A stretch of 63,907 nucleotides of DNA, counting the filler, from Licmophora abbreviata (Eukaryota), in NCBI GenBank assembly GCA_900291995.1. It is 10 parts of 10 records of this genome, joined end to end, with 100 filler letters (N's around TTAATTAATTAA, not from the genome) between each part and the next. Parts side by side here need not be neighbours in the genome. Positions count along the whole stretch, not along the records: positions 43,248 to 52,310 come from OLMU01000895.1; positions 52,411 to 61,635 come from OLMU01000897.1; 8 more parts are not named here. The stretch is one strand, 5' to 3'. Positions 47,632-57,753 of the stretch are shown here, in pieces. Both the position numbers and the translations under genes were made by a program. The notes beneath the pieces were generated by a model. That model did no database searches, was not told the DNA's origin, and saw only the letters and a list, made by a program, of their open reading frames with translations. Position 1 is the first letter of the stretch, and each line of letters starts with the position of its first letter.

Positions 47632-48804
47632 ATGACATTGATCACGACCATGACGGAAGACCACGTGAACCCCGCCCTCCCCGAAAGCGTGGGCGCACTG
47701 CTCGCCGAGGAGGCGACGATAAACCCGCTTTCTCCGCTACCGTCATTTCTAGAACTCATGATGATGGATGAAATGACCGCATCAATGCAAAAAGCGCTGG
47801 CACAGTTTGTCGACACGGTGGCGGAGCAAGCGTTGAGGGAGAGTCAAAGGCACGCCACGACGTGGTACCATCGATATCGTGCGCGCTTCGCAAAGATCCT
47901 TGGATATCTAACGAGAAACTGCGCCTCCGAAATGCGAATGTTACTTCTGTACATGGTGCAGCGACGCTGTCTGCAATCCGATGCATGCGGTACGGCTTCG
48001 GAATCGATATACGGAGCGCAGCGGTCCAAGCTGGGACGACCGGAGAAGGCGACAGGGGACCGTAAGATCCTTCCGATGAAAGATCAGGACAAGGTGCGGC
48101 TGGCATTATTCCTAGCGTTGGGCCCCTATGTGAAGGAAATACTGGAAACAGTGTACACTCTCCTTGCATCGCAGAGCCGACGTCGACCCTTCGCAGGGAC
48201 CGTGTCAGGAAAACTGAAAGCTCTCTTTGTCACCATCTATCCGTTTCTGAAAATTACTCATGAGGGAACGATTCTTGCATATCAGTGGATGTATCTGATG
48301 GGAAGGTCGTGGTTCTTTCACCCCTCGTCGCATCTACTGAATCAGGTTGTGAGGCGGACGACAATGGCCGATACTGCGACTAAAACTTCTTCCAGCAAAC
48401 GATCACCCGGCGATTCTCCTTATCTGAATCAGGCTCGAAGGATGATGCTTTTTGGAGCATCATCTGCTCTCCTGGTTGGATGGATCGTCCAGTGGCGCAA
48501 TCACGTTCGAGAGCTGCGGCAGCAACGAAATAACGACGGAGTATCCAACATACCTCCACCACCGTCCCAACCAATCGTTCGCCTAGACCCCAAACGACGA
48601 CTTCGGTCTCTTCCATCGAATCCTATGCACTGTCCACTATGTCGACAGCCGCGTGTCCACCCGGCCGCATCGCCATCGGGCTATGTTTTCTGCCATCGGT
48701 GCATTGTCATGTACGTGCGCGACCACGGAACATGCCCTCTGACAGGGAAGCAGTGTCCCGAATCCAGAATCGTCAGATTGTACGAGCCTATCATAGCTTC
48801 ATAG
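47632..48804 (+). CDS. PEX12: Peroxin-12
   Basis: LPSFLEL N-terminal motif, SESIYG, IPPPP, degenerate RING CPLC...SGYVFCHRCI...CPLTG. Confidence 0.9.
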   Translation: MTLITTMTEDHVNPALPESVGALLAEEATINPLSPLPSFLELMMMDEMTASMQKALAQFVDTVAEQALRESQRHATTWYHRYRARFAKILGYLTRNCASEMRMLLLYMVQRRCLQSDACGTASESIYGAQRSKLGRPEKATGDRKILPMKDQDKVRLALFLALGPYVKEILETVYTLLASQSRRRPFAGTVSGKLKALFVTIYPFLKITHEGTILAYQWMYLMGRSWFFHPSSHLLNQVVRRTTMADTATKTSSSKRSPGDSPYLNQARRMMLFGASSALLVGWIVQWRNHVRELRQQRNNDGVSNIPPPPSQPIVRLDPKRRLRSLPSNPMHCPLCRQPRVHPAASPSGYVFCHRCIVMYVRDHGTCPLTGKQCPESRIVRLYEPIIAS

Positions 48805-48888
48805 GTGAATGACAACCAATTGTTCAAAAATCAAGTAATAACATCAGTACAATAGTAGGCAATATTGTCAGTACAATAACGCGAGCAC

Positions 48889-50284
48889 TCATGACTCTTC
48901 TTCGTATATGCTTTCCAATACCGTCTCCGAGTCGAATCTACCCACAAAGTTTTCACGCGTTGACGATACCCCGAGCTCCTCGTCAATCTCCTCGTCAATC
49001 TCCTCGTCAGCGTCAGCACCGTCATTCACCTGAGCAATTAGAGCCCGTTTTTGATAGATCTTCCGGGCCACACCAAGGTCATTCCAAAACACCTTCTTCT
49101 CAATCGGTAGGACCTAAGCGAGAAACAGTAGCACGAGAGACATTAGCTTGGCAAAGATCACTAGAAGACACAGGCAGCAAAAAGAAAGTCACAAACCTCT
49201 TTCAGGCGAAACATCATCATGGATGCGATCCAAATCAGAGCAATGTTCGCAAGAGTTAGCATAAGAGAAAGAAACCCCATGTCTCTCAAGTCTTCGAGTC
49301 GGTTGGAATGGATTCGATCTATCAAACGTTGGGCAAGGCCCGCCCGTGCTCCAAGATCGCCACCCACTTCCTCCAGATCGCGTTCAAAGAACGCGTACGC
49401 AACCCAAACGACTCCCGCGTTCACTGCAGGCGGCAGCAGCGAAGCAGATATGGCCACACCGACAAGGGAGCTCGTCTGGTCGTCCAGCAACGACACGGCC
49501 ACCCCCAGGCCACTGAAGAACGCAACTGGGAGGCCCACAAGAAAATTCTCCAAAGTACCTCGGGATACCATCTCGGATGTAGGCCACTCTTCTTTCAACT
49601 GTGTCGTTCCACATATTGCGGCAACAACGACCCCAGTAGTCACACAAAATACCAATGAAATAGACTCGGTCATGAACGATTTTCGCACCAGCTTCCAGTC
49701 ACGAATCGTACTGCCATAGGCCATACCGACCACTGGACCCATGATGGGGGAAACCTAGATGAGGGGGGATTGGAAGTGGTAAACGGACGTGGGGCCAATA
49801 ACCTGCGACAAGAAGTGTAGTATGGCTAGAGTCGACTCACCAACATGGAGGCGATGATATTTGTGGACGAGTCAGCCGCCAATCCGAGAGCAGCAAGGAT
49901 CGACGCCACCAGAAGCAAAACATTGTAATTGAAAGAGAATCGTGCGCCATCTGCGATGCGATCATGCATCTTGCGAACTCTCTTGATCTGTTCCGGCGTC
50001 ACATGCGAAAACCGACTTGACATTTCAATGAGGCGTGCCAAGTCTCGCAAATTAGCCCCACGGCTTCTTGGTACTTGCAATGGATAACTCGACGGAGTCT
50101 TGCCTCTCTCAATGTAGTCTTTGGCGCTGACAACGGTGGCTTCGCCAGAAGAGAAGGCGCTTTCCGCGCTCTCCTCGGACTCACGGAATGGCTTCGTTGC
50201 ACTACGATATCCAGTTTCCTCATCCTCCTCCTCCTCAGATTCCACGGGCACCTCGTAGGTGCCATCGTCCTCGTATACTTCCAT
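48889..50284 (-). CDS. DUF389-family multi-pass membrane protein; 3 exons
   Basis: LAALGL..DS...IIASMLVSPIMGPV after splicing; EMVSRG; SLVGVAISASLLPPAVNAG. Confidence 0.85.
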
Positions 50285-50505
50285 GCTAGAGTAAATTCAG
50301 AATCGCCCCCTTTACAGTAAGTCTGTATGCGATCAGAATAGATCCTGTCCGCTGTATTAGTTTAGCTATCACTTCGACGGCATCACACATCACGCGAAGC
50401 GCCGCCCGCATATCATCTTCTATCTGTCGCGTGATGCGCGCGGCATACAAGAATGCATTAGCAATACAGCGCATTGCATCTCACAGAAAAATACACTTGG
50501 CGCTG

Positions 50506-51537
50506 ATGATGGCAAGCATGGAGACGTCATCTCGTACCATGTTCGCTCGTATCTTTTCTCCAACCTCTGTTTTCTTGTTCATCTTGTGCGTGGGCTGCTT
50601 ACCTACTGCTGCGGCGGATGAAGCGTGCGGGGCCGGCGAAGGGGGGACGTGCGACACAGTCGATCATCCCATCTGCGGTGAGGCAGCGCGATGTTGGTTC
50701 CACCCGAATAAAAGAGCGAATCCTTCTTCACTGTACCGACACCCAGGAAGCGGTTCGGCACAGGCCTACAAGCCAGATGCACCGGTGAAGTTGAGTGTCT
50801 GCGAACCCCGTGAGGAAAAGAAGCATGGCAAGTACAAGGTGGCGACATGGTTATTTTCAAGAAGAACTCGCAGCACACGTGCACCGACATTGCAAGTGAA
50901 CCTCCAGCTTTGGAGTTGTTTATCCGATCACATGACAGAGTCGAGCGAATGCTGCTGTGGGCCCCTGGCGGTGGATGAAACTACCAAGGTTGAAGTCTGG
51001 CAAGCCAATCCGGAAGGCACGTATTCGTCCTTGATTGCCGGCCGGGATGAAGGAGACTGTCGTGCGACACTCCCTCCGCCTGCATCGGGAAAGTCATATC
51101 AGTTCACGAGCTTGGCTCCTGGATCGGTGGGGAGTTTGGGTGGACTGGGTCCTGGGAGTATTGATTTTGCGCCGTATGGCCCGCCAGTGTTGCACTTCTT
51201 GGCGACAACCGGAACTCACGAGCCTCTCTTGGTGGAAGTACCCATCGTCATGGATAGGAATCTGAAACAGCAAGCATTTTCGGGACCCGACTGGAGAGGA
51301 ACTTCAATGCATCGACAACAAAACACGGAGCAGAAGAGTTTTCGAATCAGTTCGTGGAGTACAAATTCCAAAGATACGGTGAAGCTCAATTTGGACCTCT
51401 TCCTTCAAGCCAGGCCTTCGCCGGATCATCTCGAGGAGACGCTGTGTCCATCATGGTTGTACGGCCTCCCGGAGTCATTCTTCACAGAACCTATTGCTGT
51501 TTGCGCTCCATCGCTTCTTGATTTCTTCCCTCTCTAA
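50506..51537 (+). CDS. Secreted intradiol ring-cleavage dioxygenase-like protein (iron ligands partly degenerate)
   Basis: Signal peptide; VEVWQANPEGTYSS...CRA...YQFTSLAPG...PVLHF core. Confidence 0.7.
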   Translation: MMASMETSSRTMFARIFSPTSVFLFILCVGCLPTAAADEACGAGEGGTCDTVDHPICGEAARCWFHPNKRANPSSLYRHPGSGSAQAYKPDAPVKLSVCEPREEKKHGKYKVATWLFSRRTRSTRAPTLQVNLQLWSCLSDHMTESSECCCGPLAVDETTKVEVWQANPEGTYSSLIAGRDEGDCRATLPPPASGKSYQFTSLAPGSVGSLGGLGPGSIDFAPYGPPVLHFLATTGTHEPLLVEVPIVMDRNLKQQAFSGPDWRGTSMHRQQNTEQKSFRISSWSTNSKDTVKLNLDLFLQARPSPDHLEETLCPSWLYGLPESFFTEPIAVCAPSLLDFFPL

Positions 51538-51603
51538 ACGAAGCTAGCTACAACAAAAGAAAACACGATAAAAACTTGCCCTTACAAAAGTCCAATGGCT
51601 AGC

Positions 51604-52090
51604 TCACTCATCGTCATCGTCCTCATCATCTCCTTCTTCCTCCTCCTCTTCATCGTCCTCGTCATCCTCGTCATCATCCTCGTCGTCGTCAGTCTTGAAC
51701 TTGGTCCAGTCGACCGTCTCGTACGTCTTTCCGTAATTCACAGATCGCCACAGCGTGTCGGTGCCCCATCCTGTCACACCCTCCGTCACCAGAATCCCTA
51801 TCACTACCCATGTTGCGTACATGCCATTCGATTTTCCGAAACTGATGAGGATAGAAACGAGATGGAGGCGCGTGAGAAAGGGAAGAAATAGACGCATTCT
51901 TGACAACGGGTAGTGCAAGCATGCCTATTGCAGGCGCCTCTGTAGAGCTCAGTACTCAGTCTACGTACATGTTGTACCAGCCGAGAAGCACATTGGAAGG
52001 AAGCAGAGAAGACGTCGTGCTCTTTTGACGAGTCAACAAGGGCGACATTCGACGAGCCCCTGTCCGCGCCAGTACCGAATGAAACATCAT
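51604..52090 (-). CDS. QCR9: Cytochrome bc1 complex subunit 9 (QCR9/UQCR10) with N-terminal extension and acidic tail; intron 51968-51842
   Basis: Spliced product ...[19 protein letters not shown]...[13 protein letters not shown] matches the QCR9 pattern Y..FF..N.....TM..D..W...N.GK. Confidence 0.75.
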
Positions 52091-52410
52091 GGGTCCACAA
52101 TCACAAAAGCACGCCCGCAAGGAGTCTTCAACATGCATGCACTCTCTATGCCGCCGTCGTCAGTGCGTGTTGCGCCGACCGAACAGGATTTCGGCGTCTG
52201 TCTGTCATCCCCGTCTACGATAATGTCCGAGCGACGTTTTGCTTAGCGTATCAGACATACCCAATGCGATTTATCTAGTCGGATTTTGGTCTTGGGCGGA
52301 CTCCAACTCCNNNNNNNNNNNNNNNNNNNNNNNNNNNNNNNNNNNNNNNNNNNNTTAATTAATTAANNNNNNNNNNNNNNNNNNNNNNNNNNNNNNNNNN
52401 NNNNNNNNNN

Positions 52411-53504
52411 ACAGACATCATGGCAGCTTGTATAAATGCTTGCAGCTCAGTGCCGCTCACACTGGTCGTTCCAGATCCATCCGCGGCTGACAGTTCTGTG
52501 GCCGACATCTTTCGGTCGGGACTACGATCGTCGGCGACGGATATTCGCACCGGCACAGAGGCCTTATTAGCTGGATCTTCTGATATCTCTGACGTGATGG
52601 AAGCGGCGCAAGAGCCAGCTGCAGCCGTCACGTCTCCTAGAATTCCCGTCTCGTGCAACGCTGATGCAGCAAATGCGGCGGCCGCATCGTTGGAAGCAAA
52701 GTCGTCGCGAATGCCAGTGGCGCTCAAATCGGACATGCCACCCCAGGATTCGAACCGATCACGCCGACGATTCTGCGACCCAGTTGTGCTATACATGAGC
52801 GCCTCCATCAGGAGCCGCTGATTGGTGGACGCCAGTGTTCCGCCGCTTCCGCTGCCATCGTCGTCTCTCTTGGTTCTGGACGCGGCTCTGGAACCGAGCG
52901 ATCCGTGCTCGTCGCCAAGAGCATCCAAATGTTCCAGAGCTTTCCCAGCCAGAACCGAACCCCTTGTTCCCAGGCTCATCGCATCGGCGGGTGCGTTCTG
53001 TCGAAGAGCTGCTGCAACACGGTCTCCTGACAAGGTACTCGACGCCACGCTCCCAAGCGCCGCCAGACCGCTCGAGAGTTCATCCGAGTCGACGGAGGTC
53101 TTTCGACTCCTGAATTCCTTCGAGCTTCCGATGGATCCTTTCCTTTTTGCAAATAATATATCATCGGAACCGGCCGAGGACTTTCGGCTACTCGGTACCG
53201 AGCCCGCAGACAATTTTCGCTTGGCGATATCGAGAGACGCCGAATCTACCGATAACTTATTCCGTTCGCCTGAGTCGGCAGATGCTTTGCGTTTCTTCAG
53301 CAAGCCACGCAATGAGTGTCTCGAGCCGTCATCCTCTACCCCACGCGACGACGATGCATGACTGGAATCGCCCGTCGATGCCTTGCGCTTCTTGGGAGGT
53401 ACATCGCCGGTCGACCCAGTAGCCGTGGACGTCGGATTCGCGTCGCTCTCCCTTGCTGCCGTCTGCTGCCCCTCTACAGTTTCGCTCACAGTATTGCTAT
53501 CCAT
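52411..53504 (-). CDS. 3'-partial Ser-rich low-complexity, probably nuclear regulatory protein
   Basis: ORF runs into gap; NLS-like PPKKRK; repeated RKxS motifs; RRDRFESWGGMSDLS block. Confidence 0.7.
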
Positions 53505-54179
53505 AACGTAGAATCAATGAAGCGTGGCAGTAGATTTCCGGAACAATGGAACGTGAATGATTCTAGTCAACAAAGCAATGCCGTAGATGATTGCTTGGCC
53601 ACCAGGAAAATCAGACTTGGCGATGCTACGATTCTCGCGAGGCTTTTCCCGCTTCTTCCACTGCACAAATTTCCCTGATAACCTCCAGATTAACAAGCGC
53701 ACTGCAGTGCTTTTAGATCGATTCGAGACTGTAGAATCGGTGTATTCGCCGCTTATTAGTTCTTCCGCATCACCGTCAAGGACTGCGAAGCAACGCGGAC
53801 ATGCATGCACGAACGCCAATTTAGAAATTCCGGAGAATGACTCGCTACGAACAACCCGAGATGAGTCCACCCGAAGATTCCATATCGATGAATTTAGCTA
53901 TTCCAGAATTAAGTGTCAAAGAGGCATCAGGAATGCTAATGATGAATCTAGTCCGATAGAGCAGACCGCGCCATACTCACAGGGCCGAGACGATTGTATT
54001 TCATGAAGACTCTGCACGGCACGGTCCTGATAGCGCACCGGTGCAGACCTAGTCTTCGTGTTCCTTTGGCGCAGATTGTTCTGACCAAAATATTACTCTA
54101 GAAGCTGCATTGCCCTAACCGAAAGCAGTAGAGTAGACTGTGATGATACCGTTATAATCACAACTTTGCAGGAAAAACT

Positions 54180-55745
54180 CTACGTCAAAGTCTCCGTATG
54201 ACGGATAATGTAGTCCTGCGACACATCCGGGTGTAGCTCGATACATGTTATGCTTCCTCCTCGTTTCACGATGCTTTCACAAACGTTAGCAATCGCGGCT
54301 GGTAAGCAGTAATCGATCGTTCCATCCAAGAATCGGACAAAGTAGGCACCGTCACTTCCAAGTGAAACCTCAGCAGGCGCCGGCCAATCCGCCAGACGAC
54401 TCTCCAGTATACGATGCAGTCGCGAAGGCAGATTCTTCCAAGCAACGCGGCCATCGAATCCTAGAACAATCCACGAGTTCGTGGTCCAGGAGCAACCGTC
54501 ATCGTCTTTGTACATCTGGATGGGCCCAAAGACTACGCGATACACGTCCCATTCGCGAACAAGAGTTTGAAAGTCCTTGTCGTGCCGGAGCGAGTTTCCC
54601 CACAGACACTCGCCACCGCGGAACTCCGCGAAATAACAACCGCACGGGCCCGTCGACAGATATACCAAGTCTCGTGCGATCTTCAAGTTCAGTCGTTGCA
54701 TTCGTCTGAACAAGCGTCGTGGTATGTATCCATAGCACAAGGCTTTTCGATCGTCCCGACCGGCAAATATGGCACCTGCACCGTCGGTTCCGCGCATCAA
54801 GGCTACGTGCCCAACAGTCTGGGCGGCCCCATTTTCTATACAGTTGGCGGGAGACAGAGTTAAAGAGCTTCCCTGCTTGTTCTTAGTAGACTTGACTTCC
54901 GCAACTCGTGAACCACAAATGGACGAAAATGCTTCTCGAGTCCCCTCGCTATGTAAGTGAAACGTAAAGCAATTGCCACGCCGTTTTTGAAGTTCGATAC
55001 GATCTTGCATCGACATCGTTTTCTCAGTGCGAAGCAAGTAGTGAATATTCCAGACAGCTGGATCCATATCCGGTTTCTCGCTCGATGTAGGCAGATTGAG
55101 ATACTTTTTCTCCAAATCTGCTCGGTCCTCTTCGAGAGATTCTATTTCCGCAATGGTTCGGGACAACTCATCCTTGACGGCCTGTTCTTCCTCTGCCGCT
55201 GGCTGACTTTGTAGCAAAAGTAAAACGTCATCGTAATCTTCATTTCCATCTTCGATTTCCTTTCGAAACAAGGGCATGCGGTGCCGCCGCTTGGTCGGCG
55301 CGTCGTGCTGCTTGCGTTTGGGCAGCAATGGAAAATCGACAGAGAACTGAGTTCGATAGACCTTGTTCCGTTTTCGCATTTGATCGGAAAGGTTGACACA
55401 CGCATTCCTCAAGCGCGCTGATGACGAGTCGTCCGTGCGTGACGACGAGAGGTCGTCCGCGTCAGTAGTATTGCTCGTCGTCGGACTCAACTCGAATGAG
55501 ACTTCAATTCCCAGATCAGTTTCGTCGAGCGTCACTTCTTCATCCTTAACGACTTCGTTTCTATTCATTTTGTCTTCACTTACTTCACCCGCAGCGACCG
55601 TGGGTAGCTCTTCTTGCTCAATGGCTGCTTGAACTTGTTTTTGGTGTCCGCCACTGCGCTTGCGATTGTTGCGTCGAGGAGTTCTTTGCGGTTTGTTCGC
55701 GTGCTTTTTCCGCTCATCCTCTTTTCGATGACCGAACCCAAACAT
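54180..55745 (-). CDS. Uncharacterised protein: charged N-terminus, coiled coil, C-terminal beta-rich repeats
   Basis: 521-aa uninterrupted ORF; related motifs LSTGPCGCYFAEFRGG and VSLGSDGAYFVRFLDG. Confidence 0.7.
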   Translation of the reverse strand: MFGFGHRKEDERKKHANKPQRTPRRNNRKRSGGHQKQVQAAIEQEELPTVAAGEVSEDKMNRNEVVKDEEVTLDETDLGIEVSFELSPTTSNTTDADDLSSSRTDDSSSARLRNACVNLSDQMRKRNKVYRTQFSVDFPLLPKRKQHDAPTKRRHRMPLFRKEIEDGNEDYDDVLLLLQSQPAAEEEQAVKDELSRTIAEIESLEEDRADLEKKYLNLPTSSEKPDMDPAVWNIHYLLRTEKTMSMQDRIELQKRRGNCFTFHLHSEGTREAFSSICGSRVAEVKSTKNKQGSSLTLSPANCIENGAAQTVGHVALMRGTDGAGAIFAGRDDRKALCYGYIPRRLFRRMQRLNLKIARDLVYLSTGPCGCYFAEFRGGECLWGNSLRHDKDFQTLVREWDVYRVVFGPIQMYKDDDGCSWTTNSWIVLGFDGRVAWKNLPSRLHRILESRLADWPAPAEVSLGSDGAYFVRFLDGTIDYCLPAAIANVCESIVKRGGSITCIELHPDVSQDYIIRHTETLT

Positions 55746-56074
55746 GACGATGCTGTATCGATCGAGTCTGGGACGCGGTGAAAGAGATTATAAGAGAATG
55801 AATCAAGCATCGAGCGAACGACGAACGCCATCGTTATAAAGCAAAATCTCAGAAATCGCGCCGTGGACCGTGGACCGAGAATTTTGTTGGGGAATTTTGA
55901 CAAAATTGAGCGTGACGACCTGTCCTCGTCGCCGGCCTGAATGCCGGCTGGCGCGTTAAATGTATCCTTCATACTCGTATAACACATCACTCCAGTCGAA
56001 CTCCGGACGTACGAAGGTTGAATTGAAACGAGGTGCTCTGACTGTGACGTTTGCGGCCGAAAGTCAAAGTTGAT

Positions 56075-57618
56075 ATGTCATCAGTGTCAACCATGACGAT
56101 GCCTGTTCTTGGCACCATGCTACTCCCATTGCTGCTCTTCGTTTTCCCCGGGACATGGTCCTTCCAGATACAGACCCAATTTCGAGCTAAACCGCGATTT
56201 TTGGCGTCCAGCAAAGCAACAGAGATAACAAAGACCGATGAAGCGATCGGAGCTTGGATACCCATTGCGAGCACTTCAGCGTTGGAAGATCTAAGTCCTC
56301 AACAGATTACGGTCATGGGCATGGATTTGGTCGTTTGGGAGGGAAGCAATGATGAGTGGTCCGTTATGAGCGATGTTTGTCCGCATCGACTAGCGCCTCT
56401 CTCTCAAGGCAGAGTAGATCCCGACACGAACTGTATCGAGTGTCCGTATCATGGGTGGCAATTCGACAAGGACGGAAGTCTGACGGCTCTTCCACAACTT
56501 GAAATAGACCGAACGTTGGAATCTGTGAGAGGCGGCGATGCTACAAGTCTTCCCACGCACAAAGTGGGCGATCTCCTCTTTGCCTTCGTACCGTCGTCGA
56601 TTCACGGCGAGTGCTATCCTCAATCATTTCTTCCCGAAGACATGTACAGCGGACTGATGGATGAAATGTCACGAAACGTGACCTACTTTACAAGAGTAGT
56701 GCCCTATTCTTTTGATTTTGTTGTGGAAAACTTCATGGACGTGGGGCATGTGCCGTTTGCGCACCATTCACTGCAAAGTGTTCGCGAGGATGGCGGGCCG
56801 ATTCCCATGGAGTTGGTTGCCTCAAACTTTACACATGTTGAAACGTCCTTCAAGGACAAAAGTCGCGGCAAGGAGCGAGAGTGAGTTGTGCGGTGGTTCC
56901 TTGGAGTGTGGGACGCGCGTAGATATTGTCTCATCTCACGTGTTCTCACCCGTTTACTTATAGTGGAGTGGCCTCGTTTCAACGTCCCTCGCGATACCAT
57001 TTCCGAACAAGAAGATCCGATGGCGAGTTCAAGACCAATTTGGCAATTTACGTGGTTCCTATTCGTGAGGGCTGGTCGCGCATCATCTTTTTCTCTCCTA
57101 TGAATATCAAGCTCCCGAAATGGCTTCTGCACGCGGCTAGTAATCGCTTCCTGAACACGGATACGTGGTTGCATGACGCAGAAATTGTGGCGCGGTCGCG
57201 ATCTAAAAAAAACTTGAACTACGTGTACGCTTCCGAGAGTGATGGTGGGGTTAGGGCCTTTCGGCAGTGGTGGAACGCGAATGGGTTTCGAGATGCGCCA
57301 CCGCATTCCTTTGGGCCGGCGTCTGCGGAAAAGTTGTCTAAGCTGTCGCGACCGGAGCAGATCGACCCGTGGGAGTATCACTCGAAACAGTGCTCATCGT
57401 GCAGAAAAGCATTGAAGGTTATAAAGAGGGTCCAGGCAGGCGGTCTCGTCACCAGCGTATGCAGTGCGATTCTTCTTCGAAGCAATCCGATTCCTGCGCT
57501 GGCGATATCAGCTTTGGGGTTTGGAACCAATCTGATGGCGCGACGAGCGGCGACTGTTATCGAAGGGAATCCGTACCCCAGCGGTATCGCAGATCGCAGT
57601 GCCTCACACATGAACTAA
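56075..57618 (+). CDS. Plastid Rieske non-heme iron oxygenase, PAO/Tic55/PTC52 family; intron 56881-56963
   Basis: Rieske CPHRLAPLS...CPYHGW; mononuclear Fe ENFMDVGHVPFAH; C-terminal HSKQCSSC and TM hairpin; signal peptide with S-F cleavage. Confidence 0.92.
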
Positions 57619-57753
57619 TGGTGGTGATGAAGTTGTACGATACTAACGTAATTCCCACACTGTAACTGTGAGTATCTACAGTCCTATCCCACTCGTCCCT
57701 TCCATTTTCTTCACCCAAATGGCTAGTACCTAATCGATTCCTAGAGGTCCAGC

